Origin: the human T2T-CHM13v2.0 reference genome, Homo sapiens
Length of the DNA stretch: 64,000 bases
Assembly: GCF_009914755.1 (NCBI RefSeq)
Contig: NC_060935.1
Reading direction: 5' to 3' (one strand)
In this document: in pieces, positions 16,386 to 30,854 of the stretch
How positions within the stretch are numbered: the first letter of the stretch is position 1
Layout: every line of letters starts with the position of its first letter
Made by a program: the position numbers and the translations under genes
The notes under the pieces: model-generated
Told to the model about the DNA's origin: nothing
The model's input: only the letters and a program-made list of their open reading frames with translations
Databases searched by the model: none

Positions 16386-17175
16386 TTACATATAGGAAGC
16401 TAGCCTTAGTTTTTAATTTTTTTTCTGATTTAAATTCTAAAAAAAATGAAAACCAGGGATAGAACCTATAATGGGTAAGATGGCACTTATCTTGTTGTAT
16501 TTTAGAGTTTTCTGGTGGTGTCATTTTCAGAATACATTTTGTGTTCCTCAGAATAAAGGAAATGAAGCTTATTTCTTTTATTCTCAAGCCAAATCACTCT
16601 CTGAGGATTGAGGAAGTAATCCAGGGTTTGATATGGGGCTCATGGCATAAGGTTAGGTAGCCTGTTATCTTTAACTTTCTAGATTACTTCATAAAAATAA
16701 CTTGCGTATATGTAATGATATCTTTCTATGTTTTAGATGTTGTTCAAAGCACTGAATTGTAAACATATTCTCAATATTTCCCTCGAATCTTAAGTATTTA
16801 CCTTTTATTTTTTTTAATTTAAAATAAAAAATTAACAGAGTAAAATAGATGTTTTTTGGTGTATGGTTCTATGAATTTTACCATGAGTATAGATTTTGTA
16901 TATCCACTACAACATTCAGGACATAGAGTTGTCCCATTACTTCCAGAAGTTCCCTTGTGCTTTCTATCCCTTTGTAGTTATATCTTCCTTCTATCCCTAA
17001 TCCCTGGTAACTACTAGTCTCTTTTCCTTCACTGTAGTTTTATCTTCTTGATGTCATAAGTGAAATCACACAGCATGTAACCTTTTGAGACTGGCTACTT
17101 TTATTTAGCATAATGCCTTTGAGATTCATCCGAGTTGTTGCATGAACCAGTTTATATTTTATTGTTAAGTAGTAG

Positions 17176-17510
<335 letters not shown>

Positions 17511-18605
17511 TATCCATTCATTCTTTGAAGAATATTTAGGTTTTTTTTTTCTAGTTGTGTTGATTAGGAATAGAACTGCTGTAAACATTCACGTACAAGT
17601 TTTTGTGTGAACATTAGTTTTTATTCCTCTAGTGTAATACCTGAGAGTGGGATTGCTGGGTCATTTGTTAAGTGTATGTTTAACTTTATAAGAAATTGCC
17701 ACTGTTTTCCAGAGTGTTTATGCCATTTTGCAGTTTTACTGGCAGTGTATGAAAATTCTAGTAGTTCCACATCCTGACCAGCACTTGGTATTGTTAGTAT
17801 TTTTAATTTTTGTCATTCTAGGTGTGTAGTGGTATTGCATCATGATTTAAATTTGCATTTCGTTAATGGGTAATGATTTTGAGCATCTGTTTTTTATGGG
17901 TTTATTTACATTATATATCATCTTTGGTTAAGTGGATATAAGTCTTTTGTTGGATTTGTGATTTGCAAATATTTTCTTCCAGTTTGTAGCTTGTTTCTTC
18001 ATTCTATGAACAATGTCTTTCAGAGAACCGAAGATTTTAATTGTAATGAAGTTCAGTTTTTCAATTTTTTGTTTTATAAGTTCTTTTGATGTAATATTTA
18101 AGAACTTTTTAACCACAGGACATGTATATTTTTTCTTATGTTTTCTTATAAATCTTATAAAAATTTAGTAGCTTTATGTTTTACCTTAAGACCTGTGATG
18201 CATTTTGAGTTGATTTTTGTATAAAGTGTTAAGTTTAGGTTTATTTTCTCCTACATACAGAATTTCCAATTCTAACATCATTTGTTGTGTACTCTCCTTT
18301 GTTTATCGAATGGCTTTGGCACCTTTGTCAAGAATTAATTTGCTATATTTATGCAGATTTATTTCCGGGTTATTGATTCTGTCACATTGATCAATGTGTC
18401 ATTCCCTCTGCCAATACCACACTGTCTTGATTACTAGAAAATTGTGTAGTGTGAATCTTCTTATCTTTTTTTTTTCAATATTGTTTGACCTTTGCAGAAA
18501 CATTTTAGAATCAGCTTGTTTATATCTATGAAAAATTTGGCTGGGATTTCCATTATAATCACATTAAATTAGTAGAATCAATTTGGGTAGAATTGACATT
18601 TTTTA

Positions 18606-20078
18606 GGCTCTTGAGCCCCTATGTGTGGGCCCACTCCCACTCTGTGGAGTGTACTTTCATTTTCAATAAATCTCCACCTTTGTTGCTTCATTCTTTTCTT
18701 GCTTTGTTTGTGCATTTTGTCCAATTCTTTGTTCAAGACACCAAGAACCTAGACGCCCTCCACCGGTAACATATTTTGGCAAGCCAGCCAGGATGTAAAA
18801 TAAGTTTGGGATTTATTTTTTTCCTTTTCCTTTCTGCTCCACGCAGTGGAATCTCTTCTTCACTCGGGACCCTTGGTGGGCAGCGCCTAAACACAGAGGC
18901 AACTGCAGATTTCTGGCTGGGATCACTCTGAAGGACTCTCTTCTGTCTTTTCTGCTTGTGGTTCCTGATCCCTACATGTGGAGCAGCTCAGGGCGAACTC
19001 ACATGTGTTTCAGGCAACTTAAATCTTCTTTTCTTACACTAAATTTTTCCCTTACTCTACTCGACTGGCTAAGGACAAAAGAAACCCACCTAGCCTCCAG
19101 TTCCTATCACTACAGTTCACGGAATGGAGCAAAGTCCACTTTGCTCCATCACTCTAGTGGAACAGGAAGCATGCTGTTCCACTAGAGTGGGACCAAATGC
19201 TCCTCCTTTGCTCCATCACTGTAGTGGACCAGGAAGCATGGGAAAAGATGGCCTTATCAAATTTTAAGGATTCTGAAAGTCAGGGATTATACCTAGGAAC
19301 CAAAGGGAAGCTCACAGTAGTAGGCCATTGCCTCTGGAGGGAAAACATGCAAAGCGGCACTGGTGCCCACGTAACGTCAGAGACGTCTGATACTCTTAAG
19401 ACTGGACCCCAAAGAGGGATGCCCCAGGGGATCCTTTGGACCTCAACCTCTCTGAAGGGAACACCCTTGGCAGAGGTCCTAAGGCCTAGTACTAAGCCCT
19501 CCTTAGAATTTTATCTCACAGTTGCAATACTGTTTGGCCCCAGTATTGTTTGGAATCAAGTGTGTTGTTGAATGGGAAAGTGAGATGGAGTTGCATGTAT
19601 CCAGGCTTTGATGCTGCTGTTCCAAGCAGGGTCAGGCCTGGTTATATGTGATGTTCTCCTTTGGTGCTGTTTGGCCCCAGTGTTCTTTGGAGTCTGGGGA
19701 GGTTTGACCTTTACAAATTAAACTGCCATGGAAACTGCTTTACCTGAAATTTTGGTTCACTGCCTTCATTGGATTAACTACTGGGGCAAACAAAAGTAGA
19801 ACCGGCAAGTTTGTATTGCTGTCTCATGGCTAGAGTTCCAAGGTAAAAGCTATTGAATCTTCATTTGTATGTGTATATACATGTCTAGATGTGTTTATTT
19901 GTATGTACACTTATTGTTATACATTCTGTCTACAAAACTGACATACACGTAAAAGAGTACTCATAAATAAGTCTAAGTACTTTTCAAGTTCATGTGACTT
20001 AAGTATAACTTTACTAAACAAGCTGGTTTTAAAATGATTGGTAAAATAAAAATAGAAATGACTTCAAAAAAAAAAAAA
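18606..20078 (+). pseudogene. L1-mediated processed retrocopy of an ERV1 (MER50/MER4-group-like) transcript: R-U5, PBS(Arg), leader, polyA
   Basis: LTR 3' part ending ...ccaccggtaaca (18771), PBS tggcaagccagccagga (18777-18793), AATAAA 20045-20050, A13 20066-20078, 16-bp TSD gaat(t/g)gacatttttta (18590-18605 and 20080-20095). Confidence 0.82.
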
Positions 20079-20229
20079 GGAATGGACATTTTTTACTGTT
20101 GAGTCTTCCAATCCATGGACATGATATATCTCTTTATTTACTTAGGTCTTCTTTGATTTTATTCATCAGTGTTTCGTAATTTTTAGCATATAAACCCTGT
20201 TGACTTTTTGTTTGATTTACATGTAAGTA

Positions 20230-20931
20230 CAGATCCTCCTCAACTTATGATGATGGGGTTATGTATCCAGATAAACCCATCGTAAGTTGAAAATATTGTA
20301 AGCCAAAAACATATTTTTGGCTTACAGTATTCTCACCAGTCAAAACCAGACTTTCAATTTATGGTATTTTCACCAGTGAAAAGCACACTTTTGACTTAAT
20401 ATTTTCAAACCAGTGAAAAGCACATTTTTGACTTAATATTTTTATCAGTTGAAAGCACACTTTCAAATTGTGATATTTTCAACTTATAGTGCATTTATCT
20501 AGACATAACCTCATTGTAAGTCGAGGAGCATACTGAATGTATATTGCTTTTGTACCACTGTGATACGGTTTGGCTGTGTTCCCACCCAAATCTCATCTTG
20601 AATGGTGGCTCCCACAATTCCCATGTGTCATTACTTCCAGTGGGAAGTAATTGAATTGTGGGGGAGGGTCTTTCCTGTGCTGTTCTCGTGATAGTGAATA
20701 AGTCTCATGAGATCTGATGGTTTTGTAAGGGAGAGTTTCCCTGTACAAATTCTCTCTTGCCATGAGTGTGAGGACTTCCCTGCCATGTGGAACTGTGAGT
20801 CAATTAAACCTCTTTCCTTTATAAATTACCCAGTCTCAGGTATGTCTTTATTAGCAGCGTGAGAACAGACTAATATACATTGTAAAGCTGAAAAATTGTA
20901 AGTTGTACCATCATAGGTTGAGGACTGTCTG
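20230..20931 (+). mobile_element. MER47/Tigger5-family DNA transposon interrupted by THE1
   Basis: ta|cagatcctcctcaacttatgatg...gataaacccatcgtaagttg start, ...gaggactgtctg|ta end, TA TSD. Confidence 0.75.
20561..20877 (+). mobile_element. THE1 (MaLR) solo LTR
   Basis: tgatacggtttggctgtgttcccacccaaatctcatcttgaa...gaacagactaata; 5-bp TSD cactg/cattg. Confidence 0.88.
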
Positions 20932-21112
20932 TATTTATTTCTTAGAGCTGTTGTAAATGGTATTTAACAAGAATTGGTTTCCAGTTGCTCTTTGCTAGTA
21001 TATAGAAATACAATTGAGTTTTGTGTGTTGGCTTTGTATTCTGTGATGTTGCTGAATTCACTTATTAGTTCTAGAAGCATTTTTCATAGAGTTCTTGAGA
21101 TTTTTCTATGTA

Positions 21113-21555
21113 CAGTTGACCCTTGAATAATGCAGCAAGGTGGAAGTTAGGGGTGCTGACCCCTGAAGCAGTTGAAAATCTACAAATAACTTTTGACTCC
21201 CCCAAACCTAACTACTGATAGCCTGCTGTTGACTGGAAGCCTTACCATCAACATAAACAGTCAATTAGCACATATTTTTATGTTATATATGTTATATACT
21301 ATATTCTTACAATAAAGTAAGCTAGAGAAAAGAAAATGTTATTAAGAGAATCACAAGGAAGAGAAAATATGTTTACTGTTTAATTCATGGAAGTGGATTA
21401 TCATAAAGGTCTTCATCCTCACTGTCTTCACATTGAGTAGGTTGGGGAGGCGGAGGAAGAGGAACAGTTAGTCTGTCTCAGGGGTGGCAGAGGCAGAGGA
21501 AAATCCACATATAAGTGGACCTGTGCAGTTCAAACCTGTGTTCAAGGGTCGACTG
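21113..21555 (+). mobile_element. Tigger2a (MER28)-like DNA transposon
   Basis: TIRs cagttgacccttgaa / ttcaagggtcgactg with TA TSD. Confidence 0.85.
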
Positions 21556-22226
21556 TAAATGATAACGTTGTCTGTCAATAGGACAGTTTGATTTCTTTCT
21601 TTCTAATCTGTATACTTTTTATTTGTTATTTTCCTGCTTTATTGTACTGGCTAGGACTTCCAGTACCATGATGAATAAGAGAGATGTGATATTATATTTT
21701 TTCCTTGGTTCCAATCTAGGAAACCATTAAATATGATGTTGGCTGTAGTTTTGTTTAAATGCCCTTTATTATGTTGGGGAGGTTCCTTTCAGTTCTTAGT
21801 TTGCTGAGAGTTTTTATCATGAATGAATGTTGAATGCTGTCAAATGCCTTTTTTTGCATCAATATGATCATGTGGGTTTGTTTTTAAACTGTTAATATGA
21901 TGGATTATATTGGTCAATTTAAAAAATATTGAACAGCTTTGCATTCCTAGTATAAATCCCACTTGATTGTGATATATTCTTATACATTGCTGGATTTGAT
22001 TTGTTGATATTTTATTAAGGATTTTTGTTGTTGCTATGTTCATGAGGGACATAGGCCTGTAGTTTTTTGTTGTTTTTTTTTTAATACCTTTTTTGGTATT
22101 GGGGTAATGGTGACTCTCAAAACGAATTGGGAAGTTTTCCCTCCTCTATTTTCAGAAATGAGTGTATAGACCTGGTTTTATTTCTTCTTTTTTAAATATT
22201 TTTCTTTTATTGATACATAGTATTGA

Positions 22227-22550
<324 letters not shown>

Positions 22551-23465
22551 TGAATTTGCTAGTGAAACCATCTGGGTCTAAATTTTTTTTTTCTTTTTGT
22601 TTTTTTGGAAAGCTTTAAACTATGTGTTGAACTTATTTAATAGTTATAGAATTACTCAGAATATCTATCTCATCATTGGTGAGCTTTGGTAGTTTGAATT
22701 TTTCAAGTAATCGATTCATTTCATCTAAGTTACTGAATTTATGTGTAAAGTGTTATTTGTAGTGTTATTTTATTATCCTTTTAATATCTATGGAGTCTAT
22801 AATGATATTCCTCTTTTATTCTTGTTATTGGTAATTTATGTCTATCTTTTTTTCTTTATCAGTTTTGTTTGAGGTTTATAAATTTTTAAATCTTTTCAAA
22901 GAACAAGATTTGGTTTCATTAATTTTCTCTATTATTTTTCTGTTATCACTCTTATTGATGGGGAGCTGATCATTATTTCTTTTTTTTCTGCTTGCTTTAG
23001 GTTTATTTTGTTCTTCTTTTCCTAATTTGTTAAGATAAAAGCTTAGATGATTGATTTTAGAGTTTTATTCTTTTCTAATATAAGCATTAGCTTCTTTGAG
23101 TTTCCCTCTAAGCACTATGCTAGCTGTGTGCCATAAATTTTGATACATTGCATTTTAGTTTTTATTTGGTTCAGACTATCTTCTAATTTCTCATTAAACT
23201 TCCTCTTTGAATGCTGGCTTATTTAGAAGTTATTTAATTTCTAGTGTTTGGAGTATTTCTGCCATCTTTTTGTTACCTATTTCTGGTTCAATTTCATTAT
23301 GATCAGAGAACATACTTTGTATGATTTCAATTCTCTGCATATATTTGATGTCTAGATATGAGATTTTATCTGTGGTACTTATCCTGGATAGATTTACTAG
23401 GTTGTAGATTATGTCAGTCTTCAGTTTTGCTAGAAAATGCCAAATTGTTTTTCAAAGTTTGAAAG

Positions 23466-24579
23466 TATCAGGGGAACCCACCCCCCGTATTTCAACGTAG
23501 GTTCTTTATATTTTCTGTAAGTGTCGGCCAGTTGAGAAATAAAGAGAAAGTACAAAGAGAGGAATTTTACAGCTGGGCCTCTGGGGATGACATCACGTAT
23601 CGGTAGGACCATGATGCCTACCTGAGCCTTAAAGCCAGCAGGTTGTATTAAGATTTCAAAAGGAGAGGGGGTACAAGAACAGGGAGTAGGTCACAAGATC
23701 ACATGCTTCAAAGGGCAAAAAGGAGAACAAAGATCACATGCTTCTGAGGAAACAGTACAAGGGCAAATTCAGAACTACTGATTAGGGTCTTTGTTCAGCT
23801 GTGCACGTATTATCTTGATAAACATCTTAAACAACAGAAAACAGGGTTGAAGAGCAGAGAACTGGTCTGACCTCAAATTCACCAGGGTGGGGTTTTTCCC
23901 CACCCTAGTAAGCCTGAGGGTACTGTAGGGAACCAGGGCATATTTCAGTCCTTATCTCAACCGCATAAGACACTTGCAGAGCAGCGTTTATAGACCTCCC
24001 CCCAGGGATGCATTCCTTTCCCAGAGTCTTCATTATTAATATTCCTTGCTAGGAAAATAATTTAGTGATATCTTCCCTACTTGCACATCTGTTTATAGGC
24101 TCTCTGCAGGAAGAAAAATATGGCTCTATTCTGCCTGAACTTGCAGGCAGTCAGACCTTATGGTTGTCTTCCCATGTTCCCTAAAATTGCTGTTACTCTG
24201 TTTTTTTTTCAAGGTGCACTGATTTCATACTGTTCAAACACACATGTTTTATAATCAATTTGTACAGTTAACACAATAGTGGTCCTGAGGTGACGTACAT
24301 CCTCAGCTTACGAAGATGACAGGATTAAGAGATTAAAGTAAGACAGGCATAAGAAATTATAAAAGTATTAATTTTGGGAACTGATAAATGTCCATATTAA
24401 AATGAAATCTTCACAATTTATGTTCAGAGATTGCAGTAAAGACAGGCGTAAGAAATTATAAAAGTATTAATTTTGGGAACTGATATATGTCCATATTAAA
24501 ATGAAATCTTCACAATTTATGTTCCTCTGCCGCAGCTCCAGCCGGTCCCTCCGTTCAGTGTCCCTGACTTCCCGCAACA
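23466..24579 (-). mobile_element. MER11 solo LTR (HERV-K11/HML-8)
   Basis: Reverse complement begins TGTTGCGGGAAGTCAGGGAC. 6-bp TSD tgaaag (23460-23465 and 24580-24585). Internal ~99-bp duplication at 24340-24525. Confidence 0.9.
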
Positions 24580-24714
24580 TGAAAGTAGTTGTACGAATCT
24601 ATTGCACCACTCCCCCTGCCCCAGAATGGGATATGAATGTTCTATATCCTCCCTAAACCTACTATGTATTTGATTTATTCATTATTCTAGTCTTGGAAGA
24701 CAATTAATCACTAA

Positions 24715-25044
<330 letters not shown>

Positions 25045-25978
25045 TCATCTTTCGTGAGTTAAGTTTTATATCATCCTTGATAATTTAGGGTATCACAGTA
25101 AGCATACTGAAGTTGAAAACTCAAGTAGGTTTTGGTTATCATTCCAAACGACTTGAAGTTTCTCATTGGTCATGGAGTTTTGGCTGTGAAACAGGACCTG
25201 GGGCTGCCTCTAGCCAGAGTGATTCTACCTATGCCACAGGTGGACAGGTAAGCCCTTTTATGGTTGCTGAAATAAGTCCATATCCTAGAGATGAGATTAG
25301 ATTTTCACCAATATCTACTTCCAGTCTTCATGCTTTAAATGTTGAAGTTCTTCAGTTTTGTACAGGTAAAAGAAATTCTTCACCTAATTCTAAGTTTTTA
25401 CCTAACTTCTTCAACCAGTCTTTTCATTGCCTGATGGAATTCTGCCTGGGTTTTAAATTCTTTTAAATTTAAAAATTTTTTTACGTTCTTCCTATCTGAC
25501 AAAGACACAAGTCTTCCATTCGAATTCTACAAATCTCTTATACCTTTATCTGAGTCTATATTTTCAACCCTTATGTGCTAATGACAAATATTTAATTCCA
25601 TCCTTAAAGGATAGTTGATTGTGGGCATCTACTGTATTTCATAACCTTTGTAATACAAGTTATATAATTTTTAGTGCTTAAACTATACTTTAAAGAAAAT
25701 AATAACAGTGATTAGTAGAACTTAGCCTTGAATTAATTTGAGACTGTTGAAATAGTGGTGAACTTTTAAGACGCAGAGGAAAGTTTTTCCTTTGGGGATA
25801 AGTTATTTTAACCTGAGACATTTTAAATGACAGGAAAACATCTAGCTTTCTTTTTTTATGAGTGATTAAAATTTAAAGAGGAAAGTAAAGACTGAATTGG
25901 CTTTATACTTACTTTAAATTTTAAATTACCTTACCATCTATTTAACTTAAAAATAAGCCACTTTTATTATTCAGTTAA

Positions 25979-26301
<323 letters not shown>

Positions 26302-27361
26302 ATTCTTTTATTAAAATATTTTTTATAGTAAAAATGCAGGTGTATTATGTTATATTTATTCGTTTTGGTAATATGGTTTTATTAAACTTGACGAAAATGC
26401 CTTCCAACTATCCATGTGTTACTCAGAGGTATGAGAATGAATTAGCCGAACAATTTGAACAAAAGTTAAGATAATAGACATTTAGAATGCTTCTTGCTAG
26501 AATGAAGTTCTGATTTGTGAAGAATATTACTTTATCAGGTAGGGAAGATATATAAAGGCAGAAAAATTATTAAATTGTGACTTCCTAAATGTCTACTTAA
26601 AAACATTTATGGTAAATTTATAATGTTATATTGAATTGATTTGAATTATTTGAATCTTAAAATATAGTGTGGGAGCTTTTTTCTAAAGTATATATTATTA
26701 AAAGCTGAGAAATATTTAAGTGGTTGAAAGCCAGTGGGAAATATGAAGCAAACTGCTAATGCAACTGGGGAGACAATAGAACTATGTTTATTTAATATTA
26801 AGCATTAAACTTATGAAGATTTTACTGGAAATTTGATTGGTTTTTCTGTCACCCAAGGGTATTTTAAGCCTGTTTTATGCATTATACCTGGGCTGTACCA
26901 AGAGCAGATGGCAAGTTCCCAGGGGAACTTTCCAACTGACCCATAATTTGAGATAAGATGATAGTTTACAGAGCTACAAAAATAGTCTTGGGGTTTGCCA
27001 CTGTTTTTGTTTTAGTTGCCTATCAGATCTTTTGTCACCTTTTCTCTCACAGATCATATGGATGACGTACAGTTCTGTTTATTTGTCAATATCTAATTGA
27101 TTAGCATAAAGTTATAAGATTATAATTCAAGAGGTGAAATGGATGCTAATTGGAACTCCTATTAGGAATTTGCTCATCAACATACAATTTCTTTTTTTGA
27201 ATAATCAAAATATATACTTTTCATTATATAGATTCAGAAAGGTTCTGAAAACATAGGAGATATTTTCTTTTAAAGCTGCACTCAGAATTTTATTTCTGTG
27301 ATACTCAGGTGAAAGTATGTAGTTTCCCTTTTCATTTAATTTTATTAAAATTGAATTAAAA

Positions 27362-27386
27362 TTTTCTTTCTTTTTCTTTCTTTCTT

Positions 27387-27434
<48 letters not shown>

Positions 27435-27492
27435 CCTCCCTCCATCCCTCTCTCTCTCTCTCTCCCTCTCCCCCTCTCCCTCTTCTCTCTCT
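27362..27492. repeat. (TC)n/(CCCT)n polypyrimidine microsatellite
   Basis: Visible directly in sequence. Confidence 0.95.
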
Positions 27493-28050
27493 CGGAGAGA
27501 ACATGAGTATTTTCAGGAAATTAGAGATTTGAATTTGAAATATTTTTTGTATATCAAGAAATCCATCAATCTTTGTTTAACTATGGAATCTTCAGAACAT
27601 CAGAGTTGCATGTTTTTAAGCTTAGAGAAAAATGGACACACTGAATCTTAGCAACTGAAAGCAAATAGACATACGTCAGTATCTGTGTATAGTGCTGACA
27701 CTTATGTCAGCACTTTATCCTATTTGCTTGGGAACTCTTGTTTAGTAGTGTGTTTACAATGAGGCCTTTCAGTGGAGAGGGCTACATGACTGAATGTGTG
27801 TGTACTCTGTATTGTCTGAGTACATTCTATGTGTAAACTTTAAGATATGTTTATAGACATATTTGTTATTGACATTTAGTCTTGTATTTATTTTATTTCT
27901 CAGAAGTATTTTATTTGTTCATTTTTGATAACTAGCACTCAGCCATTCACTTTTTATTTCTAATTTTGGTGTCTTTGTGTAGGTCACTGAGTGTGATTCC
28001 AGATAAGTTATTACAGCTAGATCTATGTGGCTCATCAGCCACATATTTGG

Positions 28051-28361
28051 TTTTTTTGTTGTTGTTGTTGTTTGTTTGTTTTGAGACAGTCTTCTCTGTC
28101 ACCTAGGCTGCAGTGCAGTGGCATGATCTTGGCTCACTGCAACCTCTGCCTCCTGGGTTCACGCGATTCTTCTGCCTTAGCCTCCCCAGTAGCTGAGATT
28201 ATAGGTGCCCACCACCATGCCTGGCTAATTTTTGTATTTTTAGTAGAGGTGAAGTTTCGCCATGCTGGCCAGGCTGGTCTCGAACTCCTGACCTCAGGTG
28301 ATCCACCATCCTCGGCCTCCCAAAGTGCTGGGATTACAGGCCTGAGCCACTGTATGCGTCC
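28051..28361 (-). mobile_element. AluSx-like
   Basis: Dimeric Alu, (TTG)n tail, TSD ccacatatttg. Confidence 0.92.
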
Positions 28362-29019
28362 CACATATTTGTTTTAGAGAGGGAAGTTCGTGCAATTAAA
28401 GGTGGAATAATCTGGATTTGTCATAAGTCCTATGATTTCATTGTGCTTTAGTTTTCTGAACAGATACGATGAAAATTATCTACTAAGAGTTTAAAATATA
28501 TCGCTGAGGGTTAAAATAAAGTTCAAAGTACTCCCAAGTATTATGGGAATTTGTCTGTTTCTTGGGAAGCAGGGTAGACGTTATCTAGGTGGAAAAGACG
28601 AGTGGGCAATTTGAAATGTTAGACTAGGAGCTTGGAAAGAGAGAATAAGGCTAGAGTTATACTCTAGAAGTTACTCAGTATATTTTATTGAAGGCCTAAT
28701 ATATGTCCTTTAAGATTGAAGCCCTGGAATTCATGCAGACCACAAGACTAGCATCTCCTTTGCTTGTGGAATTGATAGTCTAGTTACTAGATTCTAGAGG
28801 GAGGATTATTTGCTTTGAAGGTCATAGGTGAAGCTTGGGAATGGATGAGACTGAAAAAAAAGAGTGTAGATATGATTAAAACAATTAAGGACACAGTGAC
28901 TTTGGGAAATACATTATGTAGGTTTTTAGGAGAAAGACAAGGACTGTGGGGGAAGTACCTATGTTTGGTGATTGGCATGATGAAGAGTCAGTGAAGAAAA
29001 GAGGTTCAGAGTGTCAGGG

Positions 29020-29970
29020 ATTTGGGGGATTTATCATTAAGCTAATTAAATTTAAGCTCCAGGTTTGTCACTTACATAAAATCCTTTCAAGTCTGTAGGA
29101 GGAAGGTTTTCACATGGGCATATGTTTCTGTAGGATTTCCAAAAGTAAGGCATTTCAATATTGCCATTTCTTTCATTCTGACTTACCCTCATGTCATATG
29201 GCATTAGAGTGGCTGCAGGCATTTTTGGGATCCAGCTAAGGGGAAGTTGAATAGGATTTACATTTAGTTTGGGAGGCATGTATTTATGTGGTCATGTCAC
29301 TTCTGAATATAGACTAGCTGTTCTGGTATAGGAAGGATATCAAGGAATACTGGTGTTACTCACTGTGTTAACACTTAGTGTTATGACACAAAGATGGAAG
29401 GCTAGAGATCACCTGGTGATATGGACGTGTCCTATAATGCATCACATTAGAAGTACGTGGTAGGATAAGAGAAACAAAATTTGAAATACACGGGGCCAGA
29501 AGCTAGTCTGGGAAAAATTCTTCCAAATCGAATGGTTTATAAATGAAAGAAAATATATGAGTTTCTCTAAATTTGACAATACTAAAAGTTTATGACATTA
29601 CCAGTAGTAGTTTGTGAACAGTTTGTGAAGACTATTTTGTAAAATATAAATAACAATTTAGTCTTTTGAAAATTAAAAAGATATTTATAGAAAACCTTAC
29701 ATATAATTGCCATATGAAGAGGTGATAACAAAAGTTATGCAAAAAATATGTAGAAGTATACTAGAAGTGTGTCAGGGAGTTTATTGATAACATTATTGTT
29801 ATTTTTTCTGGATTCTTGTGATGTTTATGATGCTGTGACTTTTTTTTCTCATTCTCAGTAAGTATTCACCTTTGTATCTAATTTTGTATTTGTAATTTTG
29901 CTTCCTTTTTTTTTTTTTTTTAAAGAAGGCCCCCTAAATTCTAGAAGGTTCAGGCCCAACAATACCTGGG
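29020..29970. mobile_element. hAT-type DNA transposon relic with MER53-like termini
   Basis: Left end ggatttatcattaagctaattaaatttaagctccagg and right end aaagaaggccccctaaatt...ttcaggcccaacaatacctgg resemble MER53-type ends. Confidence 0.4.
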
Positions 29971-30854
29971 AGGCACAGAATCATGGAAGTTAAGAGGAGA
30001 CAAATCACGGATGGAGAATATGTACTCTTTTAAATGATGCATTGGGGTAGCTAAGGAAGGCAGTTGCATTTGGCAATTCAGGGATTATTGATAATCTTCA
30101 CTAATGAGTATGAATTTGGGAGTGGGAAGTGGAGGTTGTGTACTTTTTAAAGAAAGTGGCAGTAGAGTCCAAGAACAGTAGCTTTTGAGGAAAGCAAGGT
30201 CCAGGGAAGTTTTTTTGTATGTGTGCATGCTTCAAAGGTAGGTGGACATCTAAATACGTTAAAGGAAGGGAAAACATGCAAATAGCACAGAAGGAAAAAT
30301 TAAAGGCAATAGCAAGAGAGGTTAAAGCAGTGTAGAAATAGTGACGAGAGCAGGGAGGAAAAAGGAAATGAGGTCAAGACATAGGAGTGTTCTAAATAGT
30401 AGAATTCAGTAAAGGTGATTTAATTGTTACTGTATTAGCACTGTGCTAGTGCTGAGTGCAATAATTGATTTTCATAATGCTGTAATTTTTCTGCAAATCA
30501 ACATTTTATGCTTAGTTCATTAAGATTTATTATACAATTTATAAAGACTTACAATCACATAATTTATAAAGATTTTCATTTGGATGTTTAAAATGAAATG
30601 TTTCATGACATAGTTGGAAGATAATTATCTTAATTATCTAATTAGTTGAATATGTTAAAATTAATCTTCCAGAATTTTTTGACTTATTAAGTGATTGCCC
30701 CAAATCAGCTTAGAGATATTATCAAGTATTTTGCTAGTAAGTTATGTAAACTAATTAATAGAAAATACATGAAATAATCTTATTTTCTCTTAGTTTTATA
30801 GATGGTATGGAAAAAGGTACAGAATTGTCAGGTAGGATATTTATTATTATTTTT

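Noticed and set aside
18958-19571. ORFs in the ERV retrocopy as gag remnants
   Set aside because: No recognisable Gag motifs; the region looks like non-coding leader/internal sequence.
20320-20480. CRISPR-like array
   Set aside because: Eukaryotic DNA; the units are contiguous and degenerate with no unique spacers.
24340-24525. ~99-bp tandem duplication in the LTR as a novel repeat
   Set aside because: Internal duplications of this segment are, as far as I recall, a normal feature of MER11 subfamilies.
25113-25466. 117-aa ORF in unique DNA as a coding exon
   Set aside because: Non-ATG start, no recognisable protein similarity and no clear acceptor; only the internal donor-like site was kept as a weak candidate.
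27205-27504. Arg/Glu-rich 99-aa ORF
   Set aside because: Produced by the (TC)n microsatellite.
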